NCBI GenBank assembly: GCA_043228905.1
Contig: JBHGNT010000011.1
Coordinates: forward strand, 20,274,001-20,338,000
Reading direction: 5' to 3'
Source: Azolla caroliniana
Taxonomy: Eukaryota; Plantae; Polypodiophyta
DNA: 64,000 nucleotides
Position 1 is the stretch's first letter; the number at the start of each line of letters is the position of its first letter. Positions 47,901 to 61,159 of the stretch are shown here, one piece after another. The position numbers and the translations under genes are program-made. The notes under the pieces are model-generated. The model was given only the letters and a program-made list of their open reading frames with translations, ran no database searches and had not been told where the DNA came from.

Positions 47901-50329
47901 TCGGAACCATTCTTGATGCGATATCATATGGTTCGAGGCACCGGAATCAACGAACCATACGTCTTCCGGACCGGAGGCACTAGTTGAGGTAGAGGCCGAA
48001 ATAGAGTTTGCTCTATGTTTCATCATGAACATTCCGCCACGGTCGGAGTTGTGTGCATACATTCCGCCACAATCTTCGTAGTCAGAGTTGTCCGCGTAAT
48101 TCGTGATTTGTCGGCTTGTGGAAGCCGATTCGTGCATCTTCTTTCGGCACTCTTCTTCGTGGTGGCCGAGCTTTCCGCAATATCCGCATTTCGTTGTGTT
48201 TTGACGGCTCGGGCTAGAGTGGAAGCTCTCCCTTCTTGCGAAGGTTCCTCGTTGGCTTCCGTTTTGCGGCCGAAATTGGGAGTTGTTGTCGTAGGTTAGA
48301 CCTCGTCCGCCTTGTCCTTGACCGAATCGGCCTCTCGCTCGTCCGCGTCCTCTTCCTCCGTTCGAGTGCATGTAGTGCATGTGGCCTTCTGACTCATTGC
48401 TCCTTGTACGCGCGTGGTTTTCTTCGACCAATAGCATTGATTGGAGCTCGAAGAAGGAGGGAGATTTCTCCCTTGCTAGAACGGCGGTTCGCATCACGCC
48501 AAACCGTGGTGCGAGGCCGCCGAGGCATATTTGCACCATCTCATCATCATCTATACTTACGCTTATCGATCCGAGCGAGTCGCAAAGCTCCTTGATCTTC
48601 ACGGTGTATGTCGTGATGGACATGTCCCTTTGTTGAATGTTGTTCATCTCTTGGTGGAGTTGAAGCCTTCTTGCGGTTGTGTTCGCCGCAAAAATCTTTC
48701 GTAGATTTTCCCATGCCTCCTTCGGCGTCTTGGCTTCGCCAATGTCACCGAGCATGTGATCGTGAACACATGTCGCCAAGCAATACATCACGTTGTCGCA
48801 TTGTTACGCGCGTGCGTGGAGAAAGGCGGGACCACAAGGGTCTTGGACTAGGGAGTGATGGAGAGTAGGAAATCGTGCTTCACCGTTTCCGGGGCATCCC
48901 CGAAGCACACCGGAAGCAACCGAAGGGAGAGAGAGAGAGAGGGAGCGCGCGCTTAACACCGACTCACGCACACACACGCACACACACACACATAGGCCAA
49001 CCCGACTCACGCCCTTATGTACAGGAAATGCAGGAAAGGGGAAGCACCCAACAACAACAAAGACGCGAATATACACAGACAGACGCAAACGTATATATAT
49101 ATAAAGGGAAGAATACATTCCCGGCGTCGAGCCGGACCAAGGTAGGTTACAACAATCGTCGGTTGCCAAGCCGCCGGTCGGGGAGCTCACGGCTTGTTGC
49201 GCCAAGCGGGGTCTTGCGCAGGAGACGAGCTGAAGCAAACCCTAAGCGAACATGAAGAAGAAGAAGAAGAAGAAGAGTAACTAACCCTAAACTAACAGTA
49301 TACCCTATAACGCAAAAATGGGCAACCCTTTCACAAAGGCCGCTCCCTTCCTTTTATAGAACAAGGAGAGGGATGCGTTACAATGTGGGATAAATCCCAA
49401 CTTACATGGGATCGTTTGTCCCGACTTGACTACTCTTCGGCGCCATAAAGGCGCCCTCGTTATTCACACTAAACGTACATGGGTGCGTACACACGTTGCA
49501 CCCCGCCGATGTAGCCAATGTTTCCCAGTTTCCGCCTCTGGCCGAAATTCTTCACGACAATGCGGCTTGCGGCTTACTCCCATGTCGTGTATCCGGGAGC
49601 CGCTTCGGCGAGACGGTCTTCGTGCTCTCCTTTGATGTAGCTCCAATAGCCTTGTCCGACAAGTTATTGGTGCATCTTGTACTCCCAAGATGCGAAGTTG
49701 TTTCGATCCAACTTCTCGGTAGGGAGAGCGCTCCCCATTTGAGTATTCTTTATGTCGATTCTTCTTCTTCTTCTTCTTCTTCTTCTTCTTCTTCTCTCTT
49801 CGAATGCAAGCTATGTAGCGAAGCTACGATAGCGATGAGCCGGTTCTTGGTCGTCGACGTAGAGCACAACACACGATCACGATGAGGCGAATGGGCTAGA
49901 TCGAGCTACCAAATCACTCTGATACCATGTAAAGAATCGGGTATGATTCTTGTGTAGCGGAATAGGTGTGAACTGTGTGTGTGTGTGTGTATGAGAGAGA
50001 GAGAGAGAGAGAGAGTGCAAGAGACAAGGAGTAAGACACAGAGAGTACGCAAGGTTAAGTATATTAACAAAGGAGAAAGACTCAACTAAATACAAGGTGG
50101 GAGGAGGGTGCTTTATATAGTCACCCTGTCTCTTCATTAACTACAAGACTCATGGAGCATGGGGAATGTGAAAGCTCATAAGTTATGTGTCATAGAATAT
50201 GATTCTATAACTCATACTAAATGCTAGAATACAAAGAGGTGACATAATGGTGACTCTTGACCGTTGGAGTGTCTATTCACTCTCAAGGTGAGTTCACACA
50301 CTAGACCAAGGTGAGCTTGATTCTCAACA
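44963..50329 (-). mobile_element. Copia element D (5' LTR, gag, protease, integrase, RT, partial RNase H), 3' end lost
   Basis: 5' LTR 49928-50329 with PBS TGGTATCAGAG; CGYCGKLGHHEEEC, WFVDSGASNHM, LWHKRIGH, YKARLVA, QMDVKNAFLQG, YVDD, YTDADWA; several stops and frameshifts. Confidence 0.92.
48794..49559. mobile_element. Solo LTR related to element F, inserted in Copia D gag
   Basis: Shares blocks with the F LTRs (ggggagctcacggg?cttg, cgctcccttccttttatagaacaagg, tgcgttacaatgtgggataaatccc). TG...CA termini; removal restores SRVMYC. Confidence 0.82.
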
Positions 50330-53300
50330 ATATGGAACAATCTTCTGATGTATGATCCCTTTGTCAGACCGATACTGTTTGATGTCTTGGGAGGTGTATT
50401 CTCCTCTTTTGTTGGATCAAAATGTCTTTACTCCGTATCCTGGCCGGTTCTCCACTTCAGTTATCCATCGAGTGAAGACCTCGAGCGCTTCGTCTTTCAA
50501 CCTAATTGAATAGGACCAAATTTTCCTTGTACAATCATCTACAAATGTGATGAAGTATTGGGAGCCTCCTAGTGATTGCTCAACCATAGGCCCACATTTA
50601 TCTGTGTGCACGAGCTCTAAGGGGTTGTCGCACCATTTCATAATGGGGAGACTGCAGACTTTGGGTATGTTTGCCGTAGCGACAATGCTCGTAAACGTTT
50701 GTCTTCGCTTGGAGTTTTGGAATGTAACCATCCTCCATCAACCAATCTAAGCCGGCTTCAGACCTCAAACATATGGCTGAGTCGGTCATGCCATAGGTTC
50801 GGGTTGGTCTTTTCGGCTATATTCACGACCCCTTTTGGATTGATCATCATAATTGAATACAAGTTGTTGTACTTGTGTCCATTTCCAATTTTCAGGTTTC
50901 CATGGCTAATCATCCATTTTGACTCCTTTAGAGTCATTATGTACCCGTCTTCGGCTAACATGCTGATGGAGACCAGACTCCTTTTTAGTGCAGGTACATG
51001 CCGAACTTGGTGCAGGACAATTGTGTTGCTATTTGATAGTTGAATTAGTACTTTGCCAATTCCTACTACTCTGCATTCCTGCCCATTGCATAGTCAAACT
51101 GTGCCGCTAGCGCCGGCCCAATAGTTCGAGAACCATTCGATGTTGGGGGGTCACATGAGGTGTGGCACCGGATTCCATTAACCACGTGTGTGCGTCTTGT
51201 GCATTATAGATTACTTCTCCGATCATCGAGTCATCTAAGGAGAGGATTTCTCTTGATCGGGTGTCGACAACATTGACTTGGTTGCCGATTGGAGAGTGAT
51301 TCAAGTCGGATCGTCCTCGATTATGCTCGGATTGCCGACCACTCTCTTTCCTCTTGATCAATTAGCAGTCCAAAACATTGTGCCCGGCTTTTCTGCTGTG
51401 AGTGTAGAATTTGCTTGATAGGCCCGTTCTCGACTTCAACCGCTGTCAGTCTCCCCTCATTCTTGATCGATTGGTATTCCGAGCGGATCTGTCGGCTTGT
51501 TCTTTCGATCGACTCGATCGAGTTGTGGGCTTCTGCCAATTCGTCGATGGTGAGTGGACCCATCGATTTTCCCTGAATTTCCTCGTTGAGGACTTGGCCA
51601 ATTGTCTCATCTAGATTTAGGATTAGACAGTTATATGCGAATGTCATGCAAAATATCTCCCAACTCACCAATAAGCTCCACAAGAGGGCAGGGGCTTTCA
51701 CTTATGCTTCGAAGTTGATCCCTTGGGAAGAGAGTTCAGAAAACACCCAACTGAAGTTGTTGGTGTGGGAGGTTGTTGGATCGGTCTCTCTCATCTTTAT
51801 GTTGAATAGTTGTCTAATCAATATCAGCTTTGACGATGAGGACTTCTTCTCGTATATAGCTTGTAGCTCCTCCCACAATGAGAATGCGGTCGTCTCTTTT
51901 GCCATGATGAAATAGACGTTTTTGGCTAGGTGCATTCGAATGGTGGAGCGCGCGATTTCATCTAATAATATCCACTCTTCGGTTTTTATCGATGCAGGTT
52001 TTTCACTATGTTGAATGGCTTCGACCTATCTTCTGATGATCAAGACATCTTGCATCATCTCCTTCCATAGGGCAAAGTTTTTGTTGTTGAACTTTCGGAT
52101 CTCAACTCCTGTATTGCATGTTGAAGCATGTGCTTTTAGGAAGTGAGATTCACTAACCTGATCTTTTCTCTTTCAATTTTTTTTGCTATTTGTTGCTGCC
52201 AAACAACAGGTCACTTTGATACCAATTGAACAACAGATATGCACGGAAGTGTGTATGAGGACCTATCGAACTATGCTAAGCAAATAACACAGAAAGTATG
52301 ACAGATTAAACGGTAGATAGACACGCTCTTAAGCTTTAATGGAAGCTCTGCTATTTCTTTCTCTCTCTCTACAAGAATCAAGATACAAGAATGATCAAAC
52401 AACCTGTATTACAACGTTGGGTTAGGGCTTATATACTGCAAACCCTAACTATTGGACGTGTTCACACTAGTAAGGATACAAAGTGGAAGGAGTCGGCCTT
52501 TTATGCCAACAATAACTTTATTGTGGTTAGCACATCGATGACTTGTATATTTTGTGTCATAACCATATCGATGACATGTATATTTTGTGTCATAGAGAGT
52601 GTACATCATTCATCATTTTATTTTTTTAAAATTTTTCGAGAAAGATACACCTTAGTATATTACTTGAGAGAATGTACATATCATTGATCATTGTTAGTTC
52701 CATTTTATGCATGAATGACTATGTATGACAATATGCCATGGCACACACATTTCAATCCATGCACGCTATAATAGCTTTTGTCTTTCAAAAACCACAATTG
52801 GACCAAGCGACTTAAATTCAAAGGCTTCTTCATAGTCAAGAATCAATATGACATAGAGAGACAAAAAAGGTAAAAAATACAAATAATTTACCACTGAGAA
52901 TTAAGGCAAAACGCACAGGGTGGATCTTCCCTGGTTGATTGGGTGGCACAAAAGGAACCTTGAATAGGAGAAATAACGGTGACATGGAATTGACTGGAGC
53001 CTGGGTGGGCTTAATTCTCAACACTAGTAGTAGAATCTCTCTTGTAACTACAATTCATGGCTCTATTTGTGTGTACATGTATGTGGATTGCAATAAGCAA
53101 CAACTGTGATAAGGGTAGGAAAGGTAGAAGCTGAATGAAGAAGAAATGGATTCACACAACATAATTATATGGAAGACTTGTAGTTGATGCAACCCAAAAA
53201 CTTCCGAATCTCCGCAACACCTAACCTTAACCCTCCCCACATTTTGAAGGAGGGCACCATGGTCAAAGAGTCCCATATAGCAAATGTCATATCTTAGCAT

Positions 53301-55059
53301 TGTTTGATTGCGAGATTGTGCTAGAGGCAATAGCTAAATCAAGCTACAATATACTCTGAAGGTCCCAAAAAATTACCAGCATTACAAGTATATTGAAGGG
53401 AATGGCATTTGAGGTCGCTCAAATTTGTCACTGAAGAACAATTTCCTTTCAACATTCACACATTCAATGATCATAGATCTCATTTATAGTTTGAGTTCAG
53501 GTTCACAAATTCACACATAAAGGTGAGGTCAAGAATGAAAACGCTTTACATCCACAAAGAGGTAAGTAAGTAGGTTACAGTTTTGTGAAGTGGTGATTAG
53601 ACAAAGTGTGATTCATAGTTGTTGACCTCATTTTGAGACATCTAAATTCCCTTTACATTTTTTGGGCCCACATAGTTTTTTGAGCCCGATGAGATACCAC
53701 CATGTCATTTACATAGGATTTTTGACCTCATTTTAGTATTCATCTTGTCTAGCATTGTATGAATCATGGGTAGAAACTATAGTGTACCCATGAACCTCTC
53801 GACTCATGGGTTCACCATTCTTTGTTTCACTTCCACCTATGCCCCACCTATGGATTGTAGTGGACATGTCACATATGGATTTTAGGGTTTAAAATCCAAC
53901 ACATGAAACTAAACTAAAAACTAAACATTTATAACAATCTCGTCCCATTGTTCGAAATGTGAGAGGAAATATTTGTAGGTTTACTTACATGCCTCAAAGT
54001 ATCTATAGTGAAGATTATGTATCCAAACATAGTACCAAAAAATACCCCATTCGTAAAAGAATTTAAACTTATAGATGGCGTGTTGTAGAACTATATAGCA
54101 TATTCTAAGAGCCATATGTGCATGTTCAATGGTGAGCCTACCAACAACAAATTTATAAGAAGTGGATGTTGAGCAAAAATATAAATATAACAAATTCGAT
54201 GCTCACACATTTTGGGCAAGATGGCAATGGTACCTACAATTTGTTAGATAATTCTAAGTGTATATGAATGCCCATGTGAAATAAATAAACATTGGTATCA
54301 TTCACAACATTATTGGTATATGCTCTTTGTGTCAAGCTTTCACATAACATTCTTCGTCATCGCTAGATATGGATGCTTGACATTTTCGAACGTTAGGAAA
54401 GACTAGTTATTCTTGTTACCTTCAAAGTTAGTTCATTTCGATATTCAACCATTGCACAACATGCTTTTTACTCTTGGCATGTTCAATGTTTTGTGCTTGG
54501 ATCGCGAGTCTCTTGATGCTAACTTCTTCACTAAGTACCCATACTATTCTAGTGTAAGAGAGCTTCATACATTGGCCATGGAGCATCTTCATGTACATAC
54601 TCGATTCCACCCACGACAATTGTCTTCATCTCCATGACCGTTGATGCTTGCCTAGAATAATCCAATGCATCTTTCAATTCTTCCATTTAAGATCCTCTTC
54701 CTCCATTTAAGATTTGGATAGAGCTTTGTCAACCAATATGATGTTTCAAAGGCCCTCACAAATGCTCAAGCTGATGGACCATTTCTATTAAGCTTGAGTT
54801 AGCTTTTGTCGTTATTGCTAGATGTGGTGTATAAGAGATGACCTTCCATAAGGACATCACACAATCATGGAGCGATTGAGCACAAGCTAGATAATTTATG
54901 TTGGTTTTATTGGCTAATTCCTTGGTTAGGCTCTTGTTGAAAAGGGCTTAGTCCTCGAATGCTCATGTTATTAAGGAAGCTTTAATTTGCGAAAAGGCAC
55001 AAGGCACAATAGAGCTATTGTGGAAGGAGACTATGAGGAAAGCCAAGCACATATATATA

Positions 55060-55497
55060 TATTGAGATATCAAGCTCAACTAGTTTAATCTAGTTAGTCA
55101 ACACATGTAACTTAGTAGTTACCTAGATCGAATCTAGTTAATGTGTTGACCTTAAGCCTTTAAATAGGACCTTGTACTTAAGTGGGATATTCTAGATCCT
55201 CCACTCCTTAGTACATTTAATGTAGGACTTACACATAAGTACCTATGTTCTACCCACACATGTGCACCTTTGCACATGGGTTGTATATATACCTCATTGT
55301 GGGTATTTTTGTATGTGATGACACTTTTCAATATAGTCAATCATCCCCCATTTATCTTTGTGTTCAAGTGTAACTTCCTCTCTCTCTCTCTTCCTCTCAC
55401 ACACTCTCACGCGCATATCATACTAATTTTCCGTTCTTTAACGTAACCATATAATTAGTCGCTAATTAACCCTAGTTAATTACCTAATTACTTAACA
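55060..55497 (+). mobile_element. Solo LTR (438 bp) of the Copia B family inside a (TA)n tract
   Basis: Reverse complement of 30015-30452 with few substitutions; ATATA on both flanks. Confidence 0.92.
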
Positions 55498-56149
55498 ATA
55501 TATATATATATATATATATATATCATTGGTCCATGTGAGGGAAAGGACAAGATATGTACCCATACTTTCAATTTGCATGAATAATTAACATGAAGTTTAC
55601 CACACTTCACTCAAAATCATGCAGGAAGTTTGAAACACAGAACATAATGCCAATCTAGCCTTGGTGAGGATCATAAATGTGTATCAATTGGGGATACCTT
55701 ATGCATGGTGGATTTGTTATTGGTCTCATTTTATGAGACAATCAAAACAACAAGATATAGAAACAATTCAGGGAATGAATGGTATGTTTGCATTGGAATC
55801 AAACACATCTTCAACAACATTCCAAGAAAGGATGGATGAAATTTTTTGCAATATACGATATCCTTGAATGTCAAACACTCATCTACATATTGTGCACTAA
55901 AGTGTAATGAATCATAGAGCTTATATCAAGGTTTGTTATATAGTGCAATGAAGATATAGAAGTTACATGTATAAGACAGAGATAAAAATTAAAGAGCAAC
56001 ATTGTTGTTTATAGAGTTAAACTCATTTTTTACAAGTGACAACTAATCTTTTGTACCCTTACTCCATTGAGTCTTTTTGATGTCAACTATCTAAGGTTGA
56101 AAGCATTGTGCATGATGGAAGGAATTTAAATGCGCTTGGCTTTCAAATT

Positions 56150-56335
56150 TGTTACTCATAACAAAGGTCTACATTTGGAAAGTATCGGTTAAGGTTTACG
56201 TTTGGGGTTAGCATTGGGACATGGACTAGCACGTGCAATTGCTTCTTTTGCATGATTCAAGTGGAAGATGGTACTTATCAATTCATACAATGTATGATTG
56301 CTTAATACATTTTTCAAATTTGGAAAGTTTTGAAG
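56150..56335 (+). mobile_element. Old LINE ORF2 C-terminal fragment
   Basis: Visible similarity to 34615-34815 (aaaggtct.catttgga, ggactagca, aattgctt.ttttgca, tggaagat.gtact, atacaatgt, caaatttgg). Confidence 0.65.
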
Positions 56336-57043
56336 TGGACATTGCATTGCCTTGGTGAAGATCTACTCTACTCCATTGATGTGGGTGTGGAAGTCCTCCA
56401 AGATCTACTTAAGATAGCTTGAACCAAACCAACTTCACAAGTGGCAATGTAATACCCCAAAATTCTACATATCTTCTCAACCACTGATATTGTATTAGGT
56501 CTTTGATAGAGAATCCAAGATCCACCATCAATTCTTCTTCTAAATACAAATCTAACTCTCTTATACTATAAAAGAAAGGAACCTCCTCCCGAGTGCTTTA
56601 AATCTACTCTAAATGAGTTTGATTTGGTTGGTGAATCCATAGAGCACATGCTCACATATCATAGAATATCTTCAAAAAGTGTGCCATTGGTTCTCAAGGT
56701 GTGGCTTAATAAGATTGAGATGTTACTCCGAACGATTGGCTGATCAGATGTCATCCAAGGAACCATGGAGCATGGTATTCTTGAGTTGCAAATGTTGTAT
56801 AATTTACACAACCACATAACCTCACAACCCACTAGTCTTTGGTAGTATGTAACATTGTGGAGCAACAAATAGAAAAGAACATGAATCGTTCCCTCAAACT
56901 TTTTTAAAATATAAATAAAAATACTAAATATTTGGATTAAATGGCACTTTATTCATATATTTTATTTAAATCAATCCTTGATAAAGAGTAAAGCTGATTT
57001 TATGACTCATGTGAACTGTCCATTAGATGTCAGATGCAGGACT

Positions 57044-57478
57044 TAAATGCTTCAATGATTCATTCGAAGTATATAATCAATCATAAGCACATGGTTTGAA
57101 AGACTCCGTGGTCCACATTAAAGTAAATCAATTCTCCCACCAGAAAGGTTAAATGCTTCCATGATTGACTGACTCAGATCATTAACTAACTTGAGACATA
57201 TGTATTTGTGTATGTTAATATTAATTCAAATCAGTTCATCTTAAACATATTATTAAATGCTTCCAAAATGATTCTACAAAGTATATAATCAATCATAATC
57301 ACATGGTTTGAAAGACTCCGTGGTTCATATGAAAGTAAATCAATTCTCCCACCACAAAGGTTAAATGCTTCTATGATTGACTGACTCAGGTCATTAATTA
57401 ACTTAAGACATATTTGTGTATGATAATATTAATTCAAATCAGTTCATCTTAAACATATTATTAAATGCTTCCAAAATG
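57044..57478. repeat. Tandem duplication (~213 bp) downstream of SAUR
   Basis: Two copies of agtatataatcaatcataa.cacatggtttgaaagactccgtgg...ttaaacatattattaaatgcttccaaaatg. Confidence 0.88.
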
Positions 57479-58075
57479 CGTCTCACATGTGAACTAGGCC
57501 CAACTGACTAACAGCTTCCATTTAGAATTTGAATTTAACATGTATGTTTCAATGTAGTAAGCTGTGAAATCACATTTCATAATCCATAAGATGTAAATCC
57601 TTTTGACATACATGATATGAAAACCTGAATTGCAAACCATTTTTGAAGACAATCTTTCAATTCTTAGGTGATTCATCAATCATCTCAGGTGTAAAGACAT
57701 CAGTCCTAAATACAAGAATTAAGAAACACAATATATCTTTAGATGGAAATCAATCTCAACACCGTTGTTAAGAAGCATGATTCATCTCACACAAAAAATG
57801 CAACGCAAATAGTTACTAGATTCCATGATTATATCTCAAACGCAAATAAATCCTCAACACAATTATGGTAAAAATGCTTCCATGATTCATTGAATGTGCA
57901 AATAATTCCGAAACAAGGTTCAAACGCTTTCTACATGTCATCAAGAAGCCATTAAAAGAATCAAAATGGATGATGTTTCTCACAAAACATTTACAAGATA
58001 GACAAGTATGAAACTGTCATAATCATATCCAACGGCCGCAACAAAACTCATCATCATGAGCAGAACTCATCATCA

Positions 58076-58522
58076 TCAAGAGCAGAACTCATCATCATCA
58101 ACAACATCAAGGTGTATCGGTTCAATACAAAGGCGATACTTTTCTATGTAATATTGTTCCAATTCTTGGATGTCAAGATGGAAGGGAGGAGAAAGTTCAC
58201 CATGATCAAGAAGCCATAGCAACCGTTCAAATAAAAGAACTTCAAAAGGCATGTTAAGGCCTCCTTTCTGACTAAAACCAAATTCTTCTTTCGCTTTCTC
58301 AAGGAGAAGGAAAAACGCAGGATGATTGAGGTACGATGTAGGAATAACATACCTCTTTCGTTCTCTTCCTGCATACACGGCAAAGAATCCATGGGGAACA
58401 TCAGGTACATAACAAGAACATTTCCCTTTCTGATGACAAGAAGAATCATCGCAGCGATAATGTTTTGAACTTGTTACAGATTTCTTGAGCTTTCCCTTCA
58501 GTTTCCACAACAGATTCTTCAT
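58076..58522 (-). CDS. SAUR: SAUR (small auxin-up RNA) family protein
   Basis: DVPHGFFAVYAGRERKRYVIPTSYLNHPAFFLLLEKAKEEFGF is the auxin-inducible family core. Intronless; start ATG 58522, with an in-frame alternative at 58558. Confidence 0.92.
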   Translation of the reverse strand: MKNLLWKLKGKLKKSVTSSKHYRCDDSSCHQKGKCSCYVPDVPHGFFAVYAGRERKRYVIPTSYLNHPAFFLLLEKAKEEFGFSQKGGLNMPFEVLLFERLLWLLDHGELSPPFHLDIQELEQYYIEKYRLCIEPIHLDVVDDDEFCS

Positions 58523-58829
58523 GCCTCGTATCCGAAAGGAAAGCAATTGAAGATGCATTTGAGATATGTATATATCGTCTTCTTCTACATGAGAGACCAA
58601 CCGCAAATGAAGAAGAGAAAGAAGAGATGGTCTGAATTCTAATATTCTAACATTTAGGTCTCTCCACAGAACTTGCAGAAACAGAAATGTGAAGATTTCT
58701 TCTTCTTCCACACAGAACCAAGGAAAAAACAGGAATAAGAAGAAGACGAAGAGGAGGAAAACAACCAGAAATCTTGTTATATTACGAAATCTTCAAAACT
58801 CTGGTAAGGATGCTTCGATGGTTATGATG

Positions 58830-59077
58830 GAGACAGAGAATATTCTGAGGGAATTGGAATTTGCGTGGCTCTACGCCTTAGCGGTTTCTGCGTTTCTTGG
58901 AGAGAAAACCGCATAGAAGAAGAAGAAGAAGAAGAAGACGTCGAGGAGGAGGAGGAGATCGCCATAGCTGCCTTATGATTTAACAGCATTCGAAAGTATG
59001 TATGTTGCTATGTCCATCTGTCTGTCTGTGCATCATCAGATAAAACGTTTCTGTCTGTCTCCCTTTGTTTTCACATG
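58830..59077. promoter_or_regulatory. Auxin response elements upstream of SAUR
   Basis: GAGACA 58830-58835 and TGTCTC 59056-59061 with CACATG at 59072-59077; further TGTC cores nearby. Confidence 0.45.
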
Positions 59078-59914
59078 TATTGTATCCGCCTGACAGCAAT
59101 CTCACGACCTCTCTCTCTTTTTGGCTCTCTCCAATCTTCACGATCACGGTTTCCGTTTCTTCTCGGTGTCCGTCCCTCCCCGGCCGTCTCTTTCCTTCAC
59201 GTTTTCACACACTGCCATGACCGCCCGCCCGTTTCAAAGGGTTTAAATTACATCCTACAAGTTATGGCATTATTTAATTTAAACCCTTGTTTAAATTACA
59301 TCCTACAAGCACTCCAGCATTAGGTTGCTTCAATTCCTCATGTGATTTGATGATACAATGTTGTCTGAAACTCACATCCCGACTACCTATCTATCACATT
59401 ATTCAATAACCAGTTGCCGTGTTTTCTAGTCTTCGTTCAACTCATTGGTGTGTTATAATTCCTCATGAATTAGAAGAGGGAGTATGTGTAATGTATCTAC
59501 CATCTATTCGAAGAAAAATTTGTTTTCAAGCAGTGTCAACATATGTCTTTGCCAATATGTTGAGAAATTTTCACACCCATATGATGAACAATAGCTAGAT
59601 ATCAATATAGCTAAAGAACAGCATGTTTCAATCAAGTTTCTTATTCTGGTTTTTAATTGTCTAGACTATACCCTCATTGATGTACGTTGTATATATGCCA
59701 TGGGTATATATAACTCTAAAGTACCCTTTGAAATGCACAGATTGCACATGTGCAATCTGTGCAATTTTTACTCATCAAGTAACTTCTCATGAATAAAATG
59801 CAAAATCTGTACTCAATGTATGACTATCACTTAAAATACCATGATTTTACATGTACACAACATATAGAAATACACTTGATGCGCATGATCCTTGTTCTCA
59901 ACTTTGTTTGATTA

Positions 59915-60421
59915 TTCTGCATGGAACTCCCTTGTTTACATTTGTCTCTCCCGTATAAAAGACATGTTTACATATACTCATGCACATTTATTATACTTAA
60001 ATATGCATACTCCTTCCCCAAGAGCAACAGAGAGAGGTAGAAAAGATCAATGTGAGAAGACTGATTTAGATCACCACTATTGCGGATCAAATTAATGGTG
60101 AGTGAAAGAATAAAAGATAGATTAAGGAGAATAATATATTAGTGCCCCAAACAAAGGACTTCCCAACTTTGTGTGATTATTATTCATGGAATTCCCTTGT
60201 TTAGATTTGTCTCTCGCGTATAAAAGACACATCTACACATACTCATGCACATTTATTATACTTGATATGCATACTCTTTTCCCCAAGAGCAACAAAGAGG
60301 TAAAATAGATCACTGTGAGAAGACTGATTTAGATCGCCACTATTGCGGATCAAATTAATGATGAGTACAAGAATAAAAGATAGATTAAGGAAAATAATAT
60401 ATTAGTGTCCCAACCAAAGGA
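59915..60421. repeat. Tandem duplication (~250 bp)
   Basis: Two copies of catggaa.tcccttgttta.atttgtctctc...tgtgagaagactgatttagatc.ccactattgcggatcaaattaatg...taatatattagtg. Confidence 0.88.
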
Positions 60422-61159
60422 CATGAGAGAATAGATTAGGGGTAGTACACATAAGTTTCATTTTTGAGAATACAAGTATATGGGTGCAATTTGTGGTTAA
60501 ATGGTTGTTATAACTTATAGGCATAACCTTATGGACCAACTTTATAGCTAATGGTAATGTGTTACGCATGAGATGATTGGGAAACAATTTATCCTAGGAT
60601 TTGCAATAAACCCACAGGGACCTATGACACCAGAGATCGTGTGGTAGCTAGGGAGCCTTAGGTGGTTAGATATCCCCTTCTCGTGACATCTTGAGGCATT
60701 CTCAAGACTCTATTGGTGAGGCTAAGCTTCCTACTTACAACAATCAAGGGTGAGGAGTGTGCCACAAAGTAATAACCAATGAAGAAAAGTGATGTGTATG
60801 TTTGTATGTGGTTTATGGATTAAACATCACATAGATAACCTCGCCACATTTCTCTGTTTTACACATTTAGGCAACATAAAGCATGTTTTGATGAGGAGGC
60901 AAGCTTGTATAACAAAGAGTAGATGGGAAACGGTTTGTGAGGGAAATCATTAAAACTTCATCATGATACTTCACGATGAAATAAATTACCACCATTGAAT
61001 ATTATGGATGAACAATATATGGAATCCCTATTTCTTTTTTTTACGACATCCCAATGGAGTATTCATGTTGTGATGTTTGTTTGATTTTTCTTCGTAAACA
61101 ATGTTTCTTTGATTCCATAATGTTGGGTCGTGGGGTAAGGCTAGGAGTCAACATTGGCT

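Larger units (their letters stand above)
36553..52511 (-). mobile_element. Old Copia element C (outermost host of the second nest)
   Basis: 5' LTR 52227-52511 with iMet-type PBS ending at 52224. Degenerate gag, protease and integrase at 52100-50330; RT and RNase H at ~39370-36990 (YKARLVAKGF, QMDVKT, TKHIEVRYH). PPT 36749-36757; truncated 3' LTR ~36553-36748. Confidence 0.85.

Noticed and set aside
48797-49564. Inverted TSD (CGCAT/ATGCG) around the solo LTR
   Set aside because: Moving the LTR start to 48794 matches the family termini and gives an ordinary decayed direct TSD.
58523-58711. Long N-terminal extension of SAUR
   Set aside because: The ORF-track start is GTG; the region is most likely 5' UTR apart from a possible ATG at 58558.
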